The notes under the pieces: generated by a model
Databases searched by the model: none
Seen by the model: the letters and a program-made list of their open reading frames with translations, nothing else
What the model was told of the DNA's origin: nothing
Shown here: one piece after another, positions 23,507 through 36,427 of the stretch
Layout: every line of letters starts with the position of its first letter
How positions within the stretch are numbered: position 1 is the stretch's first letter
Source: Malacoraja senta
Taxonomy: Eukaryota
NCBI GenBank assembly: GCA_038087875.1
Contig: JAXLNO010000349.1
Location: forward strand, 1 to 64,000
Direction: 5' to 3'
DNA length: 64,000 nt
Translations under genes and position numbers: made by a program

Positions 23507-24826
23507 TGTAATTCTGCTCCTACACCTTACCCCCCTTAGTCTAGTTCAGTAAAACACTGAGTCAAGCACTGGATCAACTATTCTTTATTCTTCCCAACAA
23601 TCACAAACTTCCTATACGATACCATATAACCATATATAACCATATAACCATAACAGCATGGAAACAGGCCATCTCGGCCCTTCAAGTCCGTGCCGAACAT
23701 TACAATTTTTTTTTTTTTTTTTAAATTAAAAATAAATACTTCCCCCTAGTCCCATCTACCTGCACTCAGACCATAACCCTCCATTCCTTTCACGTCCATA
23801 TACCCATCCAATCTATTTTTAAAGGATAACATCGAACCTGCCTCCACCACTTCCACTGGAAGCTCATTCCACACAGCTACCACTCTCTGAGTAAAGAAGT
23901 TCCCCCTAATGTTCCCCCTAAACTTCTGTCCCTTAATTCTCAAGTCATGTCCCCTTGTTTGAATCTTCCCTACTCTCAATGGGAAAAGCTTATCCACGTC
24001 CACTCTGTCTAACCCGCTCATAATTTTAAAGACCTCTATCAAGTCCCCTCTTAACCTTCTGCGCTCCAAAGAATAAAGACCTAACTTGTTCAACCTTTCT
24101 CTGTAACTTAGTTGCTGAAACCCAGGCAACATTCTAGTAAATCTCCTCTGTACTCTCTCTATTTTGTTGACATCCTTCCTATAATTAGGCGACCAAAATT
24201 GTACTCCATACTCCAGAATTGGCCTCACCAATGCCTTGTACAATTTTAACATTACATCCCAACTTCTATATTCAATGCTCTGATTTATAAAGGCCAGCAC
24301 ACCAAAAGCTTTCTTTACCACCCTATCTACATGAGATTCCACCTTCAGGGAACTATGCACAGTTATTCCTAGATCCCTCTGTTCAACTGCATTCCTCAAT
24401 TCGATACCTAACCACCGCGGGTCCGATCCTTGTCTCTACTCGTTCAAGCCCTTCAGCCTCGTGCGAGCAGACACCTCCAGACAGTCACACAGTCCCAACT
24501 GAACCTCCAGAAGATCGACTCCGATCCATGTTGGATTCACTCTTTTATAGGTCATCGGACCTTGTGGCGCGAAACTAAATGGGGGTGGCACCCCTACAAA
24601 CCAATCACAAATATCAATTACATTATACAGTTATTGACAGTTCCCTAACCCAATCACAAAGTATCCCATTACATTGTTTCAACAGAAAGTTCTAGCAGGG
24701 ACTCCGTTGACATAGTTTACATAGGTATAGAAACATTTCCCCAAACAATCTGAACAAGGCTTCACACTTTAACAAATCACAAGATAACAGAACAAACACT
24801 CTGCAACATAATTAACAGTATTTACA
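23507..24826 (-). mobile_element. LTR (TG...CA) interrupted by a CR1 insertion
   Basis: Minus strand tgtaaata...gaattaca, TATAAAAG, AATAAA; preceded by purine-rich agataaggtggag (PPT-like); no TSD seen. Confidence 0.55.
23622..24400 (-). mobile_element. young 5'-truncated CR1 LINE
   Basis: Open ORF 23746-24399, (tatatggt)n tail, cgatacc duplicated on both sides; nearly identical to 39530-40293. Confidence 0.9.
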
Positions 24827-26686
24827 ACTCCACCTTATCTGACCAATCCTGATCATGCACCTCTGAGCTCTTCTGCAAAGTCATCAACATTTTAACAAAG
24901 AAATGGACATCTGGACCTCACCTTATCCTTGACTTCCATCTCTGGTCCAGACTCTTTGAAGCTGTGACTTGCAGCTTGAAACTTTTCACAGAAAGAGGCC
25001 AAGCAGGCCTTGCAAATGCAAAGATCCTCCATTTTGTGACATCTCTAATTTGGCCAATAATAATAGAACAAGGAACTGCAGACCAGACTATACTAACAGA
25101 ACAATAAAACGGACGTGGATGAGATTAAACTCACCCGGAGGGTGGTTGCAATCTGGGACACTCTGCCTGTGGAGATGGTGGAGGCTTGGACTTTCCCTGC
25201 AGCTGCAGGAGATGCTCCACTGCAGGAGATGCTCCACTGCAGCAGCAGCAAGAGCTCCACTGCGGCAGTGGCTGCTCCACAGCAGGAGGGGCTTCCATGC
25301 AGGAACCTGCTCCACTGCAGCATCTGCTCCCCTGCAATATCTGCTCCACTGCAACATCATGTCCATTGTAACGGCAGCAGCTCCATTGTAATGCCTTATT
25401 TTTAATTCCACGTGATGAAATGAGCACACCCAGCAGACTTGTGATTAGTCCCTGATTATTGGCAGCAGGATATGTACAGTTTTGCTTCTGATGACTATTT
25501 CCTCCTGGTAAGGTTCCTCACCAATATTCAAAAATTCCCATCAGTGCTCTCAAATTGGACTAACTTTACAATCAATACCAAAGCTTGATGTCATTCAGAA
25601 GATGGTGACCATGGATAACACAAACCCACAGACATTGGGGCCCAGTTATGCTTTTTAATGTTGCAACTAGTCACAGTCCTGAAATCAGAGATTGAACAAA
25701 GGTCAATGTTCCCATTGATGAAGAGGTGGATTGTCCTGGTTGTTCATTATTCAATCCATTTACTCAACCATGGCCAAAGTGTCACTGCCAGTACAGGCAG
25801 CAAGAATGAGCCATTACTTTAAACCTGGAGGAATGGAAAGAAGGATTCTGATCTATTTCACTTACCACACAGATGTGTGAAACTGAAAGATTGGTTATTG
25901 TGATTTCTGACCTGGAAATAGACACATACTCATCCGTCATATTCTTCATGCTGGTTGATTATTCTTTAATTCTGAAAAATATTTTTTAGGTTGTTTGCTG
26001 TATTCGTCAAGTAGACGTGATCAATTGAATAATAGCATGAATACTCTGGAGGAAATAGTAATAACGATAATATTGCAAAGTGATGTTTCCACAGATATTT
26101 TGCACGGGTATGTTCAATGAAGATAAATATCTGAAGTTGGCCATAACAGATGATGAGCATGTTTTATTTTTCACAGGATTAAATGTACCAAAGCCAGAAT
26201 TCATGACAAATCGGAGCAGAAAGCATCAAACCCAAGTTTATGAATCCAGCGCCTCAGATGAGGATTGGACACCTAAACATCTGACAAAAAATCCACAACG
26301 TAATTTAAATCTGTTTGAAATATTAAATGCAGTTTTTCAAATAAAATTGATTCTAATCAATTTGGCCGTTAGCCTATGGAATCTGTTGCCAGGGAGATTA
26401 TATTCTTAACTTTGGAGTGGTGGAAAACTTGAATATATTTTTCCAAATGTGTTATTCATTAAGTGCAAATTTTCTTTTCCTAATTTTTACTTTTATGATA
26501 TGTTGCTTATTTTAAACTCAATTACATTAGATATATCCAACATTTCCAAACTATTGAGATCCAGTCTGTGCTTCTCCAAAGCAGAGCTGATGTGTCACTT
26601 TTTTCCCCCAAGGATTCAGAATCTTTAGGCCTCCTTTTAAGGTTTTTCTGATATTTTAAAAATATGTGCAGGTTTTGTTCTTGCAG

Positions 26687-27040
26687 GGCAACAACAACAA
26701 CAACAACAACAGCAACAGCAGCAGCCGCCGCCCCAGGGAGGCCCCGCCCGCTCTACCGGGTGGCGACGCCTTGAGCAGCGGCCGGGCGGGGGCGGGGGCG
26801 GAGTGTCGGGAGCTGACGGTGGGCGATGGGCGGCGGTGCCGGTGATGCTGGGGCCGGGCCGGGGCGGGCGGAGCTGACGCTGGGGGGGGGGGGGGGGGGG
26901 AGGGGCAGCTCCGGGCGGCAGCCGCGGTCTCTCAGCCCCGGTGGGCGGCTCCGGCTCCGGGCGGCTCGGCTCGGCTCTGTCATGCGGGAGGAGGGAAAGC
27001 GAGGGCAGAGGCTGCTGCGCCGCCGCTGGCAGATGGTGGA
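26687..27040. other. CpG-island-like GC-rich segment starting with (CAA)n(CAG)n
   Basis: High CpG density and several GGGGCGG GC boxes. Confidence 0.5.
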
Positions 27041-27614
27041 GTCAGTGACAAAGATGAAGGTGAAAGTGATGAAACTTGTTGGATCAGGACGAGCTGGGAA
27101 ATGTAAAGCCAGAGGGAGGTGGGTGGGAAGGTCAAAGGGAAATATGGGGCAAGAAGATGGAGATGAACGTCCTTCCCTTCACTCCCCCTCCCTCACCCTG
27201 GTGAGCACATTCCCCACCTCACTCACTCACTCACTCATTCACCAACCAACACCGGGTCCTTTCCCTTCCTCTCTTCACTCATCTCTCAAACACCAGTCCC
27301 ATAGGGAGGTTGCACGACCCGTCACCTGTACTGTTGCCACGCAGCGCCAATTGGAGGACATGCGGTGAAGCCAACTGGAGGACATGCGGTGAAGCCAACT
27401 GGAGGACATGCGGTGAACTGCAGGTAAACATTTACTATGTAGGAATGTTACAACATTTTGAGATTTTAAACCAAGCCTGTAATTTATCCCTTCAAATAAA
27501 ACATAAAATGAAGTTTAATTTGACACCTAATTCACTTTCATATCTTCAGTATTAACAAAGTTATGGCCATTTTTATACTAGGAAATTAGCAACGTTCTCT
27601 ATTGCTTTTCCATT

Positions 27615-30160
27615 TAGGCTGTGGGTCGAGCATCAAAAATGTGTCTAGAAATCCATTTTCGTGACCCACATCTCGCAACTACATGACATTTTCCATAGAT
27701 TTAGATGAAATATAATTGAGAAGAAAGTCATAACTCGTCAGTGCCAAAGGTTGCACATTAAATAATTAAACTTATTAGAAATTGAGATCGGGAAAGTAAG
27801 TGCCATCTAGTGGCCAATATTACACCATGGGCAGCCTATTTCCGTGTTGCAGTCCATTTAAACTATATTATTATACCTATATATATATATATATGATGTA
27901 AATATGACTGTAATCATATATTATAATGTGGCTTTGAAAAAAAAGGTACAGGATACTGAGTTGGATGATCAGCCATGATCATATTGAATGGCGGTGCAGA
28001 CTCGAAGGGCCGAATGGCCTACTCCTGCACCTATTTTCTATGTTTCTATATAAAAATAATATAATGAATATAATTGTGAGTTTTTTTTGAATGAGACTGC
28101 TCCAGAGGTCTGGCTCCTGAACCAGCCTAATTAATGGGTGAGGGCAGTTCTTGTGGATTCCTCCCTTTACTGAACCCCACTGACTGCCAGTGTGCAGAGT
28201 GGGGGTCATGGCCATGGTGGGTCTGGGGCAGTGCTAGGCTGGGGGACAGACCTGCAAGGCATCTTCCAGTCGCTTTAATAGGAAAATGAATGAGACTGCC
28301 GCAGAGGTCCCAGGTTTTATGGGCTCATGAACCTGCCTAATTAAAGGGTCAGGACAGATCCTCTGGGTTCCCCCGTTTACTGAACCCCACTGACTGCCAT
28401 AGTGGGGAGAGTGGGGGTCACGGCCATAGTGGGACTGGTGCAGTGCCAGGTTGGGGGACAGACCTGTAATAGTAAAGTCTTAATTCTGATGTAATGAAAT
28501 GTCACATCCTGACCAAGAATCGAATGCTCTGATGTTTACTCGACGAGTATTCATTTTAAGCTACAATGAGCTTATATTTATGTCACAGACCCCCTCATGG
28601 TGCCTTTGCAAATGAGGGCTATTAGCTTTAACCTAAAAGAACCCTAAAAGTGTTGCATTGTTTGAGTATCTGTAGTTTGTGTGTGTCTGTGTGTGTCTGT
28701 GTATACCTGTCAAACGTGTATCTGTAGATGAGTGGATGTAAATGTGTGGGTGAATGGATGGATGTGTGTGTGTGTGTGGTACATAAAAATGCTGGAGAAA
28801 CTCAGCGGGTGCAGCAGCATCTATGGAGCGAAGGAAATAGGTAACGTTTTGGGCCGAAACCCTTCTTCAGACGTGTGTGTGTGGATGTATATGTCTGGAT
28901 GGATGTGTGCATGTATGTCTGCATGCGGATGGATGTGCGGATGTGTGTGTGGATGCGTGGATGTATTTGTGCATGTATGTGCATGCATGGAAGTGTGCGT
29001 ACGGATGTATGTATGTGTGTATGTATGTCTGTGTGGATGGGTGGGTGGACTGTTGCACTGTCATTCACCAGCACGCCATTATCATAAGTAATTCACTCAT
29101 TGTTTAAATAATTTGACCAAATAAACAGTGAAACGATGGACATTAAAATAAAACTTTATATAATCATTTATTTCCCCGATTTATTTGTTTACATTAGTTC
29201 TTGGTTTCTTGGTCATCCAAAATATTCCAAATTGGAATTTAAACTGGATCTGATCTTCATCTGAATATTCTTCATCAGATTCCAGGTCTTTTGCAGTAAT
29301 AGAGTTTCTGCAGTCAACACACTGACATAAATCTGTACATGGCTCGCCATGCTGTTGACATGAGCATCTTCCTTCCCTGTACTTGATTTCTCACAGTTTG
29401 TTTTCTTGCATGAACAGTATGTTAATTCTAGCAAGGTGCTTGGGGCTGGAGGCAGATCACCCCCAGTCATTGTCCAATTCGCCACCTACAATTTTCCACC
29501 CATGTCCATGTTTGTTGACCATCACTTGTCATGGATCGAAGCAGTCTCTTTGGGGCCGTCTCATCTGCTTCACCATCAGGAACTGCCTCTTGAGGTGATT
29601 CACCTGCTTCAGGCTTTTCAGCGTCTTGAACTCAATTGAAAGAGGAAAAATAAAACAGAAAAGGAATGAAAAGTAAAATAAATCAACATCTTCAAATATA
29701 TCTTTTCATTTTGTTTGAGTCCCATCATTACCTTTCTTCCTTCTAGACCTTGCTATAGCTCGATTTATTGTTATGTTGCAGAAGTGACGATAGCACTCTG
29801 CATGATAACCCGGGATACACTGCTGCCTCCTAATAATAGAAGATAAAATGTGTCGGGGAGTATTTTACATATTTTCATGTTTTATATTAGGTAAGACAAT
29901 ATCAACATATCATTGGGGAAATTATACATGTACGAATGTCCAGGTAGATGGGATGGCAAATCTGCAAATGATCAAATTAGTGTTCATTATGGCACTTTTG
30001 TGTGGACAGGCTCTGAAGAGTGGAGGGGTAGAAGCTGCAGGAACAAAAATCTCATAGTATTTAGGTCTGCATGGACTTCAATTCATGGACTTCAATTCAT
30101 AAAATGTCAATCTCTTCTTAATGTCAATGAGTCTTACACGGTAATTTACTGCCATAGATA
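27615..30160 (-). mobile_element. Academ-like (XPG/Cys-rich type) DNA transposon remnant, internally deleted
   Basis: Minus-strand HGHGWK...LPPAPSTLLELTYCSCKK..C....RCSCQQHGEPCTDLCQCVDCRN fused to an N-terminal YHAECYRHF...KRLLRS segment; TAG-starting terminus at 27615. Family name recalled from motifs, not searched. Confidence 0.5.
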
Positions 30161-30179
30161 AGTAAGTTCAAGTTCAAGT

Positions 30180-30850
30180 GGAGGGGCAGAGGCTGCAGAA
30201 TAGCTAGAGAAAGAAACATATCATAGTACCCGCTCCCCCTGGATAAGGTGAGGGGGTGATTGTGGAGTAAGTGACAAAGACTAGAGATGTAAAGGTGAGA
30301 ATGTTTCAGAAGGAGAGGAGGTGCGAAATGTAAAGCTTGAAGGAGGTATACAGGTGTAATGGGACAGGGTGGGGGTGAAGGGGGTAAAAGGGAAATATGG
30401 GACTCTGAGAGGGAGATGAGCATACTGATGGAAACTCCCGTCTTACCCTGCACCCCCACCCTGGTGTCCACACTTCCCCAAAACCTCAGTCACTGCTCCT
30501 ACCCCTCTGTACGCTTATCACTCATCCCTGAGTCTTATATTTTCCTCCTACCCCTTGCACCCATATCCACCCCTCTGGCTTTCCATTTCAATGCTCTCAT
30601 CTCCTTATCTGACAACCTTTGTCTCCTTTTCACCTCCAGCCTTTTGTCACTTACTCCATCCATCTGCCAACCTCCCCCTCACCTGTATCCACCTATCACT
30701 CGCCAGGCTTTGGCCTGCTCCCTTCTCTCTCCCCACTTTCTCTGCCCTACTCCATCAGTCTGAAGAAGGTTCCTGACCCAAAATGTCTGTCCATCCACTT
30801 TGTGTTCAGACAGATGGTGCCTGACCCACTGAGTACCTCCAGCACTGTTT
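30180..30850. mobile_element. Penelope-like 3' UTR/terminal fragments in both orientations
   Basis: Pyrimidine-rich UTR ending in degenerate ctgaagaaggttcctgacccaaaa. Confidence 0.6.
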
Positions 30851-30964
30851 AGACCTAGTTATATTCACTGGTTAAATTAGTGCTAAAGTTAGAGTTTAAT
30901 ATTCATGATTTAATTATTTTAAGCCAATTACAATTTATTAACCCAGCCCATTCCAGTAGTCCCT

Positions 30965-31238
30965 AGTTTGGAAAGATAGCATGGAAATGGGCCCTTTGGC
31001 CCACTGAGTCCATGCTGACCAGCAATCACCCATTCCCTATCTACACTAGGGACAATTTACAGATGCCGACTAACTTACAAACCTGCACATCTTTGGTATG
31101 TGGGAGGAAAGCAGACACCCAGAGAATTTCTCTGTGGTCGCAGAGAGAGCATACAAACTCTGCAGACAGCACCAGAGATCAGGATCAAACACGGGTTTCT
31201 GCTACTGTAAGACAGTAACTCTACTACTGTGCCACCCA
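30965..31238 (-). mobile_element. HE1-type SINE, diverged
   Basis: Reverse complement resembles the SINEs at 34380 and 46097. Confidence 0.7.
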
Positions 31239-31276
31239 TATTTTAGTTGGTCTTAATGTATTTCTTTTAGTAGAAT

Positions 31277-32240
31277 GTGAAGAAGGGTCCTGACCCGAAA
31301 CGTCACCTGTCCATGTTCTGCAGAGATGCTGCTTGACCCGCTGAGTTACTCCAGCATTCTGTGAAACGTCACCTATCCATCAAATGGTATGTTAGCATTC
31401 ATAGCAAAAGGATTTGAGTATAGGAACAGGGAGGTTCTACTGCAGTTGTACAGGGTCTTGGTGAGACCACTCCTGGAGTATTGCGTACAGTTTTCGTCTC
31501 CAAATCTGAGGAAAGACATTCTTGCAATAGAGGGAGTACAGAGAAGGTTCACTAGACTGATTCCTGGTATGTCAGGACTTTCATATGAAGAAACCCTCGG
31601 GCTCATCGTCCTCCTGTTTCCTTTCTTCCCGCCTCCTCCCACCCCATATCAGTCTGAAGAATGGTTTCGGCCCAAAACGTTGCCTATCTCCTTCGCTCCA
31701 TAAATGCTGCTGCACCCGCTGAGTTTCTCCAGCATTTTTGTGTACCATTTAGATAATAATCTTCCTTCCTGTTTTTGCTACCAAAGTGGATAACCTCTCA
31801 TTTATCCGCATTAAACTGCATCTGCCATGCATCTGCCTACTCACCCAACCTGTCCAAGTCCACCCTGCATTCTCATAGCATCCTCCTCACAGTTCACACT
31901 GCCACCCAGCTTTCTGTCATCTGTAAATTTGCTAATGTTACTTTTAATCCCTTCATCTGAATCATGAATGCATATAGTAAATAGCTGCAGTCCCAGCACT
32001 GAGCCTTGCGGTATCCCACTAGTCACTGCCTGCCATTCTGAAAGGGACCAGTTATCCCTACTCTTTGTTTCCTGTCTGCCAACCAATTTTCTATCCATGT
32101 CAGTACCCTACCCCCAATACCATACGCTCTAATTTTGCCCACCAATCTCCTATGTGGGACCTTATCAAATGCTTTCTGAAAGTCCAGGTACACTACATCC
32201 ACTGGCTCTCCCTTGTCCATTTTCCTAGTTACATCCTCAT
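31277..32240. mobile_element. Mosaic of Penelope termini and CR1 RT fragments
   Basis: CR1 + (31381-31590), CR1 - (31749-32240: VDVVYLDFQKAFDKVPH, QGSVLG); Penelope motifs at 31277 and 31651. Confidence 0.8.
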
Positions 32241-32754
32241 AGAACTCGGACCGATCCTGCTACTGCTATCCAAATGTGCCGCTGTTTCATCTTTTATAGT
32301 CAGAGTGAGGCTATTGTGTGGAGGTGGGGATCAGGGAGGGGAGGCGAGGGTGGTGCTGGTTGGAACATGGGGGTGGTGGTGCCGCAGTTGTCATGGTTCC
32401 TGTCCCCACCCCCCAGGGGTTGGAGCCGCGACACAAACTAACACTCTAGAATGTAGCATTTTGAACGATACAGCCAATGGGCAGCGGCGCCGGGGGGCGG
32501 GACATAGACATAGACACAGACAGACGGCGTTGGAGGAGGTTGTGTCTGGTGTCTGCTCTGCTCAACTCAGCTATACCCTACTCCCATCTACCATCATCTA
32601 CTATACTATACTATACTCTAGGTGTGGCGAGGACAGGTGGCGACCAGAAGGGGAGTGGGTGAAGTGGCCACGCTTCCGCTCCTTGTACCCGGCGCTGCGG
32701 CGAAGCATCCGCTGCTCGGACCCCGCAGGGACCATCACTCAGTGAGTCTGTCTG

Positions 32755-33205
32755 TCTGAGGTTAGGTTTTTTCAGGAGTTGTTGGACCACCGCATGCTTG
32801 AAGCAGGTAGGTACAGTGCCAGTGGCCAGAGAGCTGTTGAAGATGGCGAGGATGCTGGAACCAGCTGTTGTAATGACGTCCTTTAGGAGGGCAGAGGGGA
32901 CAGTGTCGAGGGGGCAGGTAGTAGGTTTCATGGTGGTGATCAGTTTTACAAGGGAGGGTAGGGTAATGGGTTGGAAACAGTCTAATTTTGAAGAGCAGAC
33001 CAATGAGACAGCCAGGTCACAGGTGGGAGGGGAAATATTCATTCTTATGTTCTTTACCTTGCTGGTGAAGAATGTGGTAAATTCCTCGTACTTAGCAGGG
33101 GACCCAGTTAGGCTGGTGCTGGTGACAGGACAGATGATGGAGGTGATGGTGCTAAAAAGGACCTTTGAATTTTGCATGTTTTTGGAGATAAGGTTGGAAA
33201 AATGT
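32755..33205 (-). mobile_element. L2-type LINE ORF2 fragment
   Basis: FFTSKVKNIR...PTTCPLDTVPSALLK...VPTCFKHAVV..LLKKPNL. Confidence 0.75.
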
Positions 33206-34379
33206 CAATAAAAAATCCTGCATTGGCCCACCATGCGTGCTTGTTCAGTACCACAGTTGTGGGATATGGAATAGAAACATGGAAATTATGAACAGGAGTA
33301 AGCAATGTGGCCCTTCAAGCCCACTCAGCCGCTCAGTGTGATCATGGCTGATCATCCAAATTGGGGGACTCCCCATAACTTTCTCCCCATACCTCTTGGT
33401 CCCTCTAGCTACAAGAACAATATTTAACTCATGAGTATATTCAACGATCTGATTTCAATTGCATTCCATGATAGAGAATTCCTCTGGTTCACCACTCTGG
33501 ATGAAGAGATTTCTCCCCCTCTCCGAGTTCTACATGACCTTGCCTTATCCTCGCACTGTGATCCTGGTCCTGAAACTCCCAGCATCAGGAACATCTTACC
33601 TTGAATCTTTCCAGTCCTGTTACAACTTCTAAATGTTGTAGGTTTCTATAAAATTATCATTCCTTCCAAACTCCAGTGAATATTGACCAGATTGCTCTTC
33701 ATACGTCAGCCCTGCCGTCCCTACAGTTAATCTGCTGCACTTTTGATGTGTTCCTTTCATAGCAAAAATATCCTTCCTTAAGGAAAAGTGGGCTCCTTCC
33801 ATCTGCTATAACCAAACTCTGACGCTTTCTGCTCCCCATTCCTCTCACCTGGATGTAGATTGCCAGTGTGTTTGTCAAATCTTCAATTGAGTTCAGATTT
33901 TTAAAATCCACATGGAGTCATATAGCTGGAAAATTGTAGCGCGTTTTCTCATTGTGCAGGGTTGAGGTAAATTGGCAGAAAACATTGAGGGATCGAGACT
34001 GCAGATTCCTGCCATAGCAACCCCCACCCCAACAACCCATCCCTGTTCCCAAAATAACCATTGACACCCGTTCTAATCAAGAATTGGTTTATCTCTGCCT
34101 TAAAAATATCCACTGACTTGGCCTCCACAGCCCTCTGTGGCAATGAAGTTCCTCCTCACCTCATTTCTAAAGGCGCACCCTTTAATTCTGAGGCTATGGC
34201 CTCCGGTCCTAGACTCTCCCACCAGTAAAAACATCCTTTCCACATCCACTCTATGCCTTTCATTATTCTGTATGTATCCTCACGTGGATCGTGTCCAAAA
34301 ATCCAAATCTTTGCTGTCCCTTTAGGAAGAATCCGTGTTCTGTTGAAAGGAAGGGGGATAATTGTGGGTAGAGAATTGT

Positions 34380-34647
34380 GGACGGCACAGTGGTAGAGTT
34401 GTTGCCTCACAGCGCTTGCAGCGCCAGAGACCCCAGTTCGATCCCAACTATAGGTGCTGTCTGTACGGAGTTTGTGCGTCTCCCCGTGACCTGCGTGAGT
34501 TTTCTCCTAGATCTTCAGTTTCCTCCCACTCTCCAAAGACGTACAGGTTTGTAGGTTAATTGGCTTGGTAAATGTAAAACAAAATTGTCCCGAGTGTGTG
34601 TAGGATAGTGTTAATATTTCCTGTTTCCGCACTGTATCTATAAACTG
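34380..34647 (+). mobile_element. HE1-type tRNA-derived SINE
   Basis: ggcacagtggtagagtt..gcctcacagcg..ccagagacccc.gttcgatcc head (A/B-box like), central core and taaact tail. Confidence 0.8.
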
Positions 34648-35989
34648 AGAATCTTTCTTAATGTTTTTGTTCTTGTTCTCTCTTGCAGCCGGAGGTTCAT
34701 CCTGGGAACTGTTGGCCATTTAAAGGCTCCCAAGGCTTTGTTGTCATCGAGCTTGCTGTCCGGATCAGGCCAACAGCCTTTACCCTAGATCACATTCCAA
34801 GATCCATTGATCTCCGTGTGGATCAATTAGAAGTGCCCCTCAAGACTTCTCTGTTTATGTGAGTGAAACGTATAGAATATGAGTGAATGTTTGGGAACCA
34901 TGGTGTTTGTGTGGAGTATGCTGCTGAACATGGCAAGGCTTTCCTGGACATTGGATTCCATGTTCAGGGTCCCGAGTGGTCTCACAATCCACGTCAATAG
35001 CATTAACAAGTTCTGTTAAAAATGAGCAAATTCCATTTCACAGTCCAGAACAATAATCCCTCAAATAGAAGGCCCTCTAATATAAACTTCAATCTTCCAT
35101 GCTACACAACTTGCTCATACTGGTGTTTGAACTGTGATTCTGGGTTTTCACTGTCTTCACTGAGTTTTGTCACTTTATTGCACAATCCTCAACACTGCTA
35201 ACCACAAAAGCTTCATACAGTGATGAAGCAACTTTACAACCAATAGATGAGATTGAAGTTAACACTACACATACTAGGGACAATTGTTATGCCAAGTGCT
35301 TTCCTGAGTGGGGGTGAACAATTCTTCACTGATATTCTCTCAGGATTGAGGATGACTTGCTTCCACTCTAGTTCTGTGGGTATAGAGGTGCCTGATGAGG
35401 CCCCTGTGGGTGACCACTCTCATCTTCCACAGATGAGAGTTGATGCTACGCATGCAGGACATCGTTTCATTCTGTTTGATTGTGTACAGATTCACTTCAT
35501 GTGCTAAATGAGGTGATGACATTTTTCCAATTGACTTTTAGGCAACGACTTTATGACTATATATTCAACCAAGCTTTCTTCCAGGCAAGGGTGAATGTCC
35601 TGCTTCCACCAGCTGGTATAATTGTTGGGGTGACTGGAGAGTAATTTTCTGTGTGTAAAGCTTGCTAATTTCTACTTCTTCACAGGGCTTGGATGATGAA
35701 AATCAAGCCGAAGGGATCCTATTGGGACAGTACACGTACAACGAGGAAGGGGATTCAATCCAGACGTTTGAGGTACAGGTATGGAAGTGAATAAAGGATC
35801 ATTGATTCTTTGCTGGAACATTCCTATAACCATTTCCTGCAAGCTTTTATTTTCCTTTGCCTCAAATATTTATCTATCTTTTACAAAAATGTGCTTTGCG
35901 ATATAGTAACTTAATGTGCCAATATTTGACAGCTAGCTCACTGGAGTTTGAACTGTGATTCTGAGTTTTGGTGCTGACTTCACCTATGT

Positions 35990-36427
35990 TTTAGTTTAGC
36001 TTAGAGATACAGTGCTGAAACAGGCCCTTAGTCCGCACCGACCAGCGATCCCGCACACTGACACTATCAATAGACAATTGGTGCATCAGTAGGCCATTCG
36101 GCCCTTCAAGCCAGCACCGCCATTCAATGTGATCATGGCCCGGTCCTGCCTTATCCCCATATCCGCTGACTCCGCTATCTTCAAGCGCCCTATCTAGCTC
36201 TCTCTTGAAAGTTTCCAGAGAACCGCCCTCTGAGGCAGAGAATTCCATAGACTGACAAGACACACACAAGGGACAATTTACATGTATATCAAGCCAATTA
36301 ACCTACAAACCTGTATTTGGTGTGGAAGGAAACCGAAGATCTCGGACAAACCCACAGGGAGAATGTACAAACTCTGGAACCCGGAGTTGTAAGGCAGCAA
36401 CTCTACCGCTGCGCCTCCGTGCCACCC
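35990..36427 (-). mobile_element. HE1-type SINE split by a CR1 tail
   Basis: SINE tail 35990-36068 and head 36260-36427, CR1 tail between. Confidence 0.7.

Noticed and set aside
25190..25390. CAG-rich ORFs
   Set aside because: Short degenerate gctccactgcag tandem repeat with no recognisable domain.
34380..34450. tRNA gene
   Set aside because: The tRNA-like head continues into SINE body and tail; no full cloverleaf.
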